Origin: Psammoneis japonica
Lineage: Eukaryota
DNA length: 64,000 nt
Assembly (NCBI GenBank): GCA_008632985.1
Contig: QPGO01000276.1
Coordinates: 1-64,000, forward strand
Direction of reading: 5' to 3'
Position 1 is the stretch's first letter. The number at the start of each line of letters is the position of its first letter. The notes beneath the pieces were generated by a model. That model was not told the DNA's origin, did not search any database, and saw only the letters and a list, made by a program, of their open reading frames with translations. Of the stretch, positions 1-12,400 are shown in pieces. The translations under genes were made by a program, and so were the position numbers.

Positions 1-3000
1 TCAACCACTCCAATTGATTGGGAACAGAAGTGAGGCAGTGCCACAGCAATTTCTACTTGCAAACGTAAGCCACACAGCAGCACTCTGATTTCTGCACTGT
101 TCCCCCAATCAGAGCTCGGGGGAGACATCAGGCAAAGTGCATTGTGCTGTTTGGATTAGATTTGGTTGCACAACACGAACCACAGTTGTTGATCTCACTG
201 TCACATTGTCAGTGTCTTGATGCAAGTGGCGGCAGGAACATCATCTGCCACATCTTAAACTGCTGCAAACTGCTCTGCCGTGTCCAACCATGAACTTCCA
301 CCAACATCTGTTTCTGCCGATTTAGTCCATGGGCACTTGCTGCTGGTGCAGACCAAAACCAACAATCCCAATTTTTTTTGTCTAACAGAAGCAACAACTA
401 AATGCTCCTTTCTCTTCGGGAGGCACTGGAATCTTGGGAACATCTCTAGACCTTGCTTTGTGTGCAGCTCCTTTTGTGGCACTCGGTTGCGCCCACACTG
501 GCACTTCAGTCTTCATGGGAAGAATGCCTGGTTTCAATGGATCACTGGATGCTTTGAGAATTGGTTTGTGCTGCAAGCTCATTGCGAAAGCTTTGGAACC
601 GGACCCTCCACTGTGCATTTGTAGTTCTTCACCAGCTGCCACGGGATCACTGGCAAACGTAAAGGACGAGTGCTTGTGTGACAGTTTCAACAGGAGATTC
701 GTGCCCTCAAGGCCCTTGGTGGCTACGTCAGTGTCTCCCTTCCAAAAATCATCATCGGATGCATTCATTGTAAAACAGAGTTTGCCCTTCAATTGATTGT
801 TCAACAATTTACCACATTTCTTGTGATCTGCCACCTTTTTCCTTAACACCACTGCGTGGAGCCTGTTCAGTGTATTTTGCACATCCATGGCTGTTTCTTT
901 GAACAATTCTCGTGCTGCTCCAGCACAGGCCGCCTCCAGCAATTGTGTGTTGGCATCCACACTAGTCTGAGCAGCGTCTTTAAATTCTGGCTCGTCAACA
1001 TGACCACCCGGCAATTGAAAGTGCGGGCCCTTGTCTTTTTTGTGAGTTGAGTGCAACAGCAACAATCCGTGCTTGTTGTGGACTAACCACAACAAAATGA
1101 GCAAAACAAGTGAGGAGAATCAAAATCAGAGAATCTTTCATTCGCTCAATGACTTGCATCTAATGTTGGTTTGCTCACCCACCCACAAAAATGAAAGCAT
1201 GACAATCAACATTGTGACAATCCACAAGACATCTGTTGCCGGAAGAAGCCATGTTGGTTTTGACATTGTCACCCAACTGGTTTTTCTTGTGCCACTCTCT
1301 TCAGCTGTGACACAGCAAATCCACAGCAGGATAGACTGACTCCTGCTCTCTCTCACTCTCTAGCTAGTGGAGAGGCCCTCTCTGCTGCAGAGGGACCCTC
1401 TCTTCATCCCAGCAGACAGCTGACAGCTGCGCACTCTAGCCAACTGTGATGAACCCAAACAACGGCACGGTGGGCGCTGCAGCGGCCTGCCAGCTGTGCT
1501 CTGCCTGCCAGTGACGGCAGAAAACTTCTCTCCAAGTCCAAAAATGGGGGGGGAATGGGNGGGGTGCTGACAGAAGAAGGGAGGGGGGGTGAAGTGACCC
1601 CATCGCTGCTGCTGCAACAAGAGAAAAGGAAGAAAGAGAGGCAATGAAGGCAGCAAGGAAAGAAAAGGGAGCGGCAGCTCGTCATTTGTCACATTGCCTG
1701 CAGGGGGGCAGCGCCCAGGGGATGAAAGAAGGTCAAACAAGCAGGGTTTGGAGGCTGACCAGAGGATGGGACAGCAAGTTTGGAGTCAAGCTTGTGTGCC
1801 CATTGGATGGCATTTTGCAGACAGAGGACAAAACAGCCCGTCGTGCACAAAATGGTGCAAGGGTCGACCCGCTTGGGTGTGCTGCCACAACTCTCCATTT
1901 CCCATCTTCCATCTTGGCCCCAGCTGAGGTGCAACGTGCCACAGCAATCTGGAATCTGGAGCTGCAGTGAAAACAATGCACCTGCATTTGCAAAAAGCCA
2001 CTTTGATTGACAGCACTCATCATGATGTGGTGCTCTTCCTTGAGCAGCCACCCCCAACAATGCCAAGCTTGTTTTTGAAATGCAGAAATCCCACACTTGA
2101 AGACAAAGAATTTTTGAGTCACCTCTGACTGCAGATTTGGTGACATCTGCAATCACCACAAAAATGTTGGCAAAGTTCATCCAAAGTGGATTGGTGGGAA
2201 TCAGTGGACAATGCAGAGCCTTGCTGCTGTGGCAAGACTGCTTCCTCCTGCAACTTTGAAGGCTTCTGCAGTGACTTTGATTCCAATGTGCAAGTTCTCC
2301 ACAGCTTACATTGCACTGGAATGGGTTGAGTGTGGACTTCTTTTGCAGCACTTGTTGCACACACATCTGGCTGCCAGAGTCTTTTTTGCGGGATGCTGCT
2401 GTGCCCCGTGTGCCCTGCAGGCGATGAAAAAGTGGGTGTGTCACAAAGTGTTGTGAAAATGATTGTGAGCCAGTTTTGCTGCTGAGAAATGGAGTTGTGT
2501 GAACAGGGAATCTTGCCAATTTGTCATCTGTTTGGATTTTGGATTGCATCAATTGATCGTGCATTTGCACAGGGGATCATGCGAATCAAGTCATCATGCA
2601 CCATGCACAAGTGGCGTCATTGTGCAGAGCCACACTGCTGTCAGGGGGCAGACAACAGATCAGAGTGCACACACACAGGTGCTCTCTTGGCATCCTTCTG
2701 GATTTGCCCAAGACAACAGAGTCACACCCTCCTGTGGTTGTGTGCTCCAGGTGCGTGTTGGCAGCACTGCGCTGCTGCGCACAAGAGGCTGTGCATGGTC
2801 TTTCCGTGTTGTCCAGTGTAGAGGCACACTGCAGCTGTTCCACGATCTTGTGTTTTTTTTTTAATCTTCTTTTTCATTGCGCCATGGGCATTGACCCAAG
2901 ACAAAAAAAGTCACAACACTTCAGCCACAGTGGCCAGTCCACAACCCCTTCAGTGACAGCCCCACAGCCTCACAATGGACTGGCCACAACCTGTTTTGGG

Positions 3001-5800
3001 TTGGCATCATTGGCTCTCATTGCAAAACAATGACAAGGTTGTGTGCACAGCCACATGGACATCAACCAGAAGCACCAGCAAATCAATTAAAAAGAAGACA
3101 AAAAAGAAAACTGTGAGATTGCATCATGCCACATGCCAGTGGGTGCCACCACCTTCCTTGGTTTGAGCCCCTCTCTCAAATGTTCAAGTTGCTTTGGGCA
3201 AGCCAAAAAATGCCACTGTCCATTGTCTTGCACCAGCTCCATGATGCTCTCAGGCACAGAGGATGCCCAGCACTGGCTTTTCTTGCAAGCTTGTTGTTGT
3301 GGTCAAACGGTGGCTGCAAATCAGAAAGGTGGGGATGATGCATCAAAACAAGGAATGCAGAATCTTGGCATGCTTGCCAACTGCTGTCATGCCATTGGTT
3401 CAGAGAGGCTCTCTTGTTCCCATGATGCTCTTGCAATTTTCAGCAAGACACAGAGCATCATCAATGAGGGTGCTTCTGGAGCTGCTGGTGTTCCCAAAAT
3501 GCCCAACAGATTTGCCACTGTGTTGCACACAGTCTTTTGGTTGATGGGCTGTGAAATGATGATCAACATGAGCAGCCTGCAGCATGCAAACAATTTGGTT
3601 GGTTCAGCACCAAGAAAGCCCAAGTTGAAGTGCAATGCTGTCCTGGCCAAAAATTTGCTTCCAAGGTTTTTCTTTGTCAGGGCAGGTGTTAGAGAAGTGA
3701 ACATGTGGCACCACATTTGGACATTGGGCAAATTGCTCCATGGTGCAGGCAGGGTCTTTTGCTTCAAGCAAGGGTTGGCACAACTGCAGAGCACTGCCCC
3801 AATCTCCCCTGTCTCTGCAATTGTCAGTTGGTCAAAAGCATGGTGTGGTGCAGTGCTCAGACGACAAATGACCAACCAAATTTCTCTGGCATGCTGCGTG
3901 TTGTTGCCAGCACCATTCACAGCAAGATCTGACTCATTTGTGGCCTCACAAACATCTCTTGTGGTTTGTCCTGTTGGTCTGCAGCAGCCTGGCTGGTCCT
4001 CAAATGCTGACAAAACAGGGTGGTTGCACACCAACATCAATTGACTGCAAAAAATGCTGCCCTTCTCCATCAAAATGCAAGAAAGCACCCAGGTGTGTCA
4101 CAACCATTGCTGTGCTTCTTCATGGAGTGGTCGATGCATCAGGTCATTGGCAAGGTGTCAGACAAAACAACAGGTTGGTGTTGTTGCACCACCTCATGTC
4201 CACAGGATCACAAAGTTGGAGCAAACAGATGTTGCCCAATCAGCAGCACCACTCACATAAAAAATTGGAGTTGGCAAGTGGCTGCTCCCTCACAGTGCTG
4301 AACTGCTGACAATGTGTCATCTCACCATCTTCTTGCCACCCACCAACACAAGCAAATGCTGAACACACTCAGCTCCTGTTGGATGGTGTGAGTTGCAATG
4401 CCTCTTTGGGGGCAACAAGGATGCGCCATCCTGTGCTGGCCCTGAACAGGATGTGGCACCTGAAGGAAAAGGCTTCCCATCACTGCCCATCATCTTGTTG
4501 GAGTCAGCATGAAACCAAGATGGGCACAAAAAATCAAGCAGATTCAAAATCACAGCCTGGGTGGCAGGAACTGGACATGGAACTTTCTCACTCTCTCACA
4601 CACACAAGCTTGCAGGAATGTCCTCCTCTTCAGAGCCACTTGAGAAAGAAGATCTTTTTTGCAACATTGGGGGCAGAGCATGTCGCGCCATTCAGCACAA
4701 CAGTGCCAATGGCATCAGCAAGACAGAGTTGCTGCAGATGGCTTGTTGCTGTTTTTCAGGCCCTGGCATGAGTGTGGAGTGGTGCATCCATGTGCTTTCC
4801 TCAGTTGGAGCCTGATGACCTGGAGCTTTTTTTGCATTTTCCACATTTGACTCAGCACTCAAGTTCTTTCCATGGTGCAGAGATTCTTGGCAGTTCAGGT
4901 CATTGTGGTCCTTGTTGAGCAAGGGCCCTTGTTTGCACACTTTGGGCTCAAAAGGCATTTTGTGGGTTGCACTGTTGTTTGGCAATGCCAGAGCTTGTGA
5001 CTCTGCCAGTGCCACAGATCATGTTTTGTGCCAAAGTGCCAAGCTGAATTTTTTGCAGCAACTTGATGACTTTAGAAAAAGCTTGCTCCTTTGCCTCCCT
5101 CTTTTGTGGCTGGCTTCTTTTGGTTCTGCCTGAAGCTGAGCACCCATGGTGCCAGGAAGCTTGAAGAGGCAGCACTTCTCTGCTCTGCCACAACTCCTTC
5201 TCTCAGAGAACTCTCTTGCATGGGCCAGCACTGATGACAAGTGAGGAGGCAAACAATGACTGGAGCAGTTGGAGTTGTTTTTTGTGACATCTTTGACACA
5301 CCCCACAACTCTGACTGTGGTGTGCTCACCATGTGAGAGATGGATTGACCAAGGTGCAAGATGTGTGCATCTGTGTGGTGTGGCAATCACCAAGTGATGA
5401 CAGTGTGAGCTCTCTCAAAAAGTGCTGAGAAGTTTTGTGATGGGTGCTCTTGAAAGGAAGCACTCCAACCAACTGGCTTGATCTTCTGCCACTGCGATGC
5501 TGGCACCTTCTGTCTCCAGCAGATTTCTGGGCCTGTGCCAAGTGCCAAAATTTGTGGTTGTCCCGTCCAACCAACCACCTCAGCTGGGCTGCCAACTGCC
5601 TTTCATTCACAATGGAGTTGACAAGGTGCTCACAGATTGTGCATGTCTCAGCAGCTCAGTGGTTGTTTGTGCTTGACAAAACGAGTGGGGTGGCTGCTTT
5701 GGTGCCAAGAGCCAGGTGTCTGGCGGCCAAGCTGGCCTCCCCACGCTCGCCCCACACCTTCTCAGTGGCACAACTGCTGTGCAGACCAGCGCCCGTGCCG
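1..5800. other. TpA/CpG-depleted hypermutated domain 1
   Basis: Very few TA dinucleotides (about 7 by eye in 2.0-5.8 kb) and strong TG/CA excess. Normal composition resumes near 5.8-6.3 kb. Boundary is approximate. Confidence 0.85.
382..1252 (-). pseudogene. Nudix hydrolase gene, two exons, hypermutated (frame still open)
   Basis: ATG at 1252 and a GT..AG intron at 1182-1083 give MASSGNR..AFIFVVHNKHGLLLLH..FQLPGGHVDE..AARELFKETAM, a degenerate Nudix box. No Tyr in the protein. TAG at 384-382. Confidence 0.7.
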
Positions 5801-6432
5801 AGAAAATTGCGAGGTTATCTGCCCATCTGTCTGTGAGCAAATTCTGCCCTGTCTTTGTGAAAAATGGACTTGGCTGTTGTGCAGTGTGTCTGATCAGGTG
5901 CAGACAACAGTCAAGTGCATTTCTGCATGCTGTGATTGTGAAAAAAGAATGGCTCTACAGTGGCTAGAGCACAAAACGTGTGGGGACGTCCCAAAGCAAT
6001 TTATGCGTTTTGCGTCACGGGTCATTTTCGCAAGATTCCCAGTGTTTGCAAGGTGCGGTGTTTGCTGGGTTGGTTTTGCTTTTTCACGGCCGGCAAGAAA
6101 AACATCATGATGATGTTGTGTCCAATTGACATAATCACACTTGTACTGTGGGTCTTGTCTTCGACAAAAATCTGGCAACCAAAACGTCCGACAAATGACT
6201 GTTGCGCTGCAAGCATGAAGCACGAGCAAAACACTCTTACCCTCACTTTTGCTGGCATTGTGGTCATATCAATCTAAGAAGATTTATACCAGCTGACAAA
6301 ATTTGGGGTGGACGGGTCATTACAGTAGCAGTCAAACCAAATCTGAAAATCAGAACACACACAGCACAAAAGTAAAATACGAAACATGAAACAACGAAGC
6401 GGCAACAAAGAAAAGAACGACGAAGTGTCAAG

Positions 6433-9400
6433 ATGTGGTTGACATTAGCCCTAGTTGCAATTGTGCTTGTTATTCCGGCATCCGGACAAACTGAGGGAAT
6501 TGCCGTTTGGTCACAGAAAAGTGATTCCGCTCCCACGCAATATTCGTTCTGGAACGGAAGCAGTTTTGATACTCCGGTGAGCAACATGAGCACTTCACAA
6601 AGCAGCAGCTGGCGAATCATTCAGGGTGCCTACTCTGCCAAACGCGATGAGCTCATTGTCATGGGAGTCCAAAAAGACAACTCCGTTACCGCCCAAGTGT
6701 TCAATGGAAGCAACTGGGATTTTACAAGTTTTTCGCTCAACTTGGCGACACAGCCGACTTGGTGGAGCTTGGACGTCAGATATGAACGGATAAGTGACAA
6801 CGCATTGATGAAGTGGACAGTTGCTAATTCGAGCACGGTGAAATTTAGAACTTTTGCTGGTGATTCCCAAACCTGGAGCAATGAAAAAACGATCACGGGC
6901 CAACCAATCACGACTGGCAATCACAACGAACTGCAGTTGGAAGCAAGCCCAAAGTCCAATGAAATGGTCCTTGTTGTTGGCGTTGATGGTGCTAATGACT
7001 ACGCAATGGTGTGGAATGGAACAGAATGGGGTAATGGCAAAGACTTGCAAAATACCGGCAACGGCAATGTATCAAATGTAAACGTTGCGTATGAGCAACA
7101 AACTGGGAGAGCAATGGTGGTATATCGGGACTCCACCTTAAACGACTTACAGTACAATATATGGAATGGCACAGACTGGATTGGATCAGGCTCTGTTGCA
7201 TCGCCAGTTTCTAGCGTTCCTAGATATGTTGCCATAAATTCAGATCCATCAAGTGATCGAATTGCGGTGGGAGTCACGACGGAGGATAAGCACCATTGGG
7301 TAGCAATTTGGGATGGCATTAGCAATTGGGAGGATGTCGAAGAAATCGGTACTTTCACTGCAAGCAATACTTTCAAGGGCATTGCTGTAGGGTTTGAGGG
7401 CACTACCGGTCATGCGATGGCGACGTACCACGAAACCACGAAAGCAGCAGTGATATACAGAACATGGCAACCCGGCATGTCCTGGTCAACAAAGAAAGCA
7501 GGTCCCTATATTGTAGAGGACTCGAATTCCATGATGCTTTATTCAGATCCAGAGAGTGACAACATAATGTTGGCTGTCCAAGACAGTAGTGCTGAAGTCG
7601 ACTTTCGCCTGTGGAACGGAACGCATTGGGGAGGCGAGAACAAACTTGGGACAAACAGGCGAAGGAGAAAACCAACCATTTCTCTTTATCTGGAAGCCCC
7701 TTCCCATCACAACGGCCCCCAGCGACTCACCCTCGGTAGCTCCGAGCGACATGCCAAGTTCTGCGCCCTCGTCCAGTCCATCGGCCGCTCCAAGTCTTGT
7801 GCCGTCGACTGCCCCCTCAGCTCAACCAAGCAGTGCACCGTCCCTGAAACCATCCGCTGTGCCATCAACAAAACCATCGGCGATGCCAAGTGCAGCTCCA
7901 AGTGTCGCGCCGTCAGCAGAACCGTCCGCTGAGCCGAGCAACATGCCATCTACTATACCGTCAACTGTTCCGAGTTCTGCTCCCAGTGACATACCTTCCA
8001 CAAGTCCATCTTCGGAACCCAGCCTTCTACCATCCTTGAAACCTTCGACCGTACCCTCAACTACTCCCTCTGGAATCCCCAGTGCGAATCCAAGTGGCAT
8101 TCCTTTGACAACGCCTTCGTTCCAACCTAGTGATGTCCCGTCTCTGATGCCTTCTAATGTTCCGTCTGCAACTCCATCTACAGTCCCAAGTGAAGCTCCA
8201 AGTGAACTGCCATCTACTACACCATCATTAGGCCCCAGCGCTGTTCCGTCGCTTACACCTTCAACCGCACCATCTATGACCCCATCTGCGGTTCCAAGTG
8301 CAACTCCAAGCACCACGCCTTCAGTAGTTCCGTCATCCGAGCCAAGCAGTGCGCCATCTTTGATGCCTTCCACAGCACCCTCAACCCCTCCTTCGACAGC
8401 TCCGAGTAAAACACCTAGCGACATGCCATCGGCCGCTCCATCATTTGAACCTAGCCATGAGCCTAGCGACGCCCCTTCAAGTGTGCCAAGTTCCGCACCC
8501 AGTAATGTGCCATCGAATAGTCCATCCACTCAACCAAGTGATGTACCTTCTGTGCCACCGTCTACGATTCCTTCAACAAACCCATCAGCAGTTCCAAGCT
8601 CTGCTCCCAGTGACATCCCGTCAACTAGTCCATCCGATCTACCGAGCAACGCACCTTCTCTTACACCGTCTACAGTTCCATCGACACTCCCATCAGCTGC
8701 ACCCAGCAACATGCCGTCGACTAGTCCATCCACGCTACCAAGTGATATGCCGTCCTCGAGGCCATCAACAGTTCCATCGACTGCACCTTCTAAGGCGCCG
8801 AGTTCAGCTCCTAGTGACATGCCTTCAACAAAACCATCCGCAGCACCAAGTGCAGCTCCAAGTAGTGTGCCCTCAACAACGCCTTCTTCAATTCCAAGTT
8901 CGGTCCCAAGTAGTGTACCTTCAACAAATCCATCAACCGAACCCAGCGACGTTCCCAGCTTGTCACCTTCCACTATGCCTTCAATGGGCCCATCCGCTGT
9001 CCCGAGTTCTGCACCCAGCAACACACCTTCGAAGACTCCATCCACTCAGCCAAGTGATGCACCTTCCCTTGCACCGTCCTCAGCGCCTTCAACACACCCA
9101 TCAGCAGTTCCAAGTTTTGCTCCCAGTGAGGTTCCGTCGACCAGTCCTTCCGCTCAGCCAAGCGAATCACCCTCTACTGTACCGTCAACAAACCCATCAG
9201 CTGCCCCGAGTGGAGCTCCCAGTAGTGTGCCATCAATGGTACCGTCGTCTCAACCAAGCGATACGCCATCCACGACACCTTCTACTGTACCCTCTACTGC
9301 TCCATCATCAGTACCGAGTGCAGCCCCAAGTAACACACCATCTGCAAAACCCTCGACCCAACCAAGTGCTGCTCCAAGTAGTGTGCCTTCTGCAGCTCCT

Positions 9401-12400
9401 TCATCCCGACCAAGTGTGGCTCCAAGCAGTGTCCCCTCCACAGGCCCTTCCGCTATTCCAAGTGCAGCTCCAAGTGACACGCCATCGACAACACCATCAT
9501 CCGCACCGAGTAGCGAGCCATCCTTGACGCCTTCAACAAACCCGTCCGCTATTCCCTCGGTGGTCCCAAGCTCGTTACCTAGTGACATGCCCTCGACAAC
9601 TCCCTCACACGAGCCTAGCAACGCCCCTTCCAGTGTCCCAAGTTCCGCACCCAGTAATGTGCCGTCGACTAGTCCGTCCACTCAACCAAGTGATGTACCT
9701 TCTGTGCCACCGTCTACGATTCCTTCAACAAACCCATCAGCAGTTCCAAGCTCTGCTCCCAGTGACATCCCGTCAACTAGTCCATCCGATCTACCCAGCA
9801 ACGCACCTTCTCTTACACCGTCTACAGTTCCATCGACACTCCCATCAGCTGCACCCAGCAACATGCCGTCGACTAGTCCATCCACTCTACCAAGTGATAT
9901 GCCGTCCTCGAGGCCATCAACAGTTCCATCGACTGCACCTTCTGAGGCGCCGAGTTCAGCGCCAAGTGACATGCCTTCAACAAAACCATCCGCAACACCA
10001 AGTGCAGCTCCAAGTAGTGTGCCCTCAACAACGCCTTCTTCAATTCCAAATTCGGTCCCAAGCAATGTACCTTCCACAAATCCATCAACCGAACCCAGCG
10101 ACGTTCCCAGCTTGTCACCTTCCACTATGCCTTCAATGGCCCCATCCGCTGTCCCGAGTTCTGCACCCAGCAACACACCTTCGAAGACTCCATCCACTCA
10201 GCCAAGTGATGCACCTTCCCTTGCACCATCCTCAGCGCCTTCAACACACCCATCAGCAGTTCCAAGTTTTGCTCCCAGTGAGGTTCCGTCGACCGGTCCT
10301 TCCGCTCAGCCAAGCGAATCACCCTCTACTGTACCGTCAACAGCCCATCAGCTGCCCCGAGTGGAGCTCCCAGTAGTGTGCCATCAACGGTACCGTCGTC
10401 TCAACCAAGCGATACGCCATCCACGACACCTTCTACTGTGCCCTCTACTGCTCCATCATCAGTACCGAGTGCAGCCCCAAGTAACACACCATCTGCAAAT
10501 CCCTCGACCCAACCAAGTGCTGCTCCAAGTAGTGTGCCTTCTGCAGCTCCTTCATCCCGACCAAGTGTGGCTCCAAGTAGTGTCCCCTCTACAGGCCCTT
10601 CCTCTATTCCAAGTGCAGCTCCAAGTAACACGCCATCGACAACAACATCATCCGCACCGAGTAGCGAGCCATCCTTGACGCCTTCAACAAACCCGTCCGC
10701 TATTCCCTCGTTGGTCCCAAGCTCGTTACCTAGTGGCATGCCCTCGACAACTCCCTCACACGAGCCTAGCAACGCCCCTTCCAGTGTCCCAAGTTCCGCA
10801 CCCAGTAATGTGCCGTCGACTAGTCCGTCCACTCAACCAAGTGATGTACCTTCTGTGCCACCGTCTACGATTCCTTCAACAAACCCATCAGCAGTTCCAA
10901 GCTCTGCTCCCAGTGACATCCCGTCAACTAGTCCATCCGATCTACCCAGCAACGCACCTTCTCTTACACCGTCTACAGTTCCATCGACACTCCCATTAGC
11001 TGCACCCAGCAACATGCCGTCGACTAGTCCATCCACTCTACCAAGTGATATGCCGTCCTCGAGGCCATCAACAGTTCCATCGACTGCACCTTCTGAGGCG
11101 CCGAGTTCAGCGCCAAGTGACATGCCTTCAACAAAACCATCCGCAACACCAAGTGCAGCTCCAAGTAGTGTGCCCTCAACAACGCCTTCTTCAATTCCAA
11201 GTTCGGTCCCAAGCAATGTACCTTCCACAAATCCATCAACCGAACCCAGCGACGTTCCCAGCTTGTCACCTTCCACTATGCCTTCAATGGCCCCATCCGC
11301 TGTCCCGAGTTCTGCACCCAGCAACACACCTTCGAAGACTCCATCCACTCAGCCAAGTGATGCACCTTCCCTTGCACCATCCTCAGCGCCTTCAACACAC
11401 CCATCAGCAGTTCCAAGTTTTGCTCCCAGTGAGGTTCCGTCGACCAGTCCTTCCGCTCAGCCAAGCGAATCACCCTCTACTGTACCGTCAACAAACCCAT
11501 CAGCTGCCCCGAGTGGAGCTCCCAGTAGTGTGCCATCAATGGTACCGTCGTCTCAACCAAGCGATACGCCATCCACGACACCTTCTACTGTACCCTCTAC
11601 TGCTCCATCATCAGTACCGAGTGCAGCCCCAAGTAACACACCATCTGCAAATCCCTCGACCCAACCAAGTGCTGCTCCAAGTAGTGTGCCTTCTGCAGCT
11701 CCTTCATCCCGACCAAGTGTGGCTCCAAGCAGTGTCCCCTCCACAGGCCCTTCCGCTATTCCAAGTGCAGCTCCAAGTGACACGCCATCGACAACACCGT
11801 CATCCGCACCGAGTAGCGAGCCATCCTTGACGCCTTCAACAAACCCGTCCGCTATTCCCTCGTTGGTTCCAAGCTCGTTACCTAGTGACATGCCCTCGAC
11901 AACTCCATCACACGAGCCCAGCGACGCCCCTTCGATTGTCCCAAGCTCTGCACCCAGTAATGTGCCGTCCACTAGTCCATCCACTCAACCAAGTGATGTA
12001 CCTTCCGTGCCACCGTCTACAATTCCTTCACCATATCCATCCGCAGTTCCAACTTCTGCTCCCAGTGACATCCCGTCGACTAGTCCATCCGCTCAACCAA
12101 GCAAAAAACCTTCTGTTGCACCATCAAAGGCACCTTCAATAAACCCATCATCTGTTCCGAGTGCGCCCCCCAGCACAACTCCATCCTTAACTCCCTCTAT
12201 TATTCCAAGCGATTATCCTTCAAGCTCCCCGTCTTCTGACCCGTCTGGCAGACCGTCTGCAGTTCCTTCAGCGGTGTCATCTGATACACCAAGTAAAGCT
12301 CCGACGGGAGTTCCCAGCGGCATTCCGTCCTCGGCCCCATCCCATTTGCCAAGTGGTGTGCCATCTGCCTCTCCTTCTACGGAACCTTCGAAAGCGCCAT

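Noticed and set aside
1355..1405. Possible Helitron 3' end (hairpin plus CTAG on the minus strand); similar hairpin at about 40523-40545
   Set aside because: No Rep/helicase motifs and no matching 5' end found. CTAG survives preferentially in these domains anyway.
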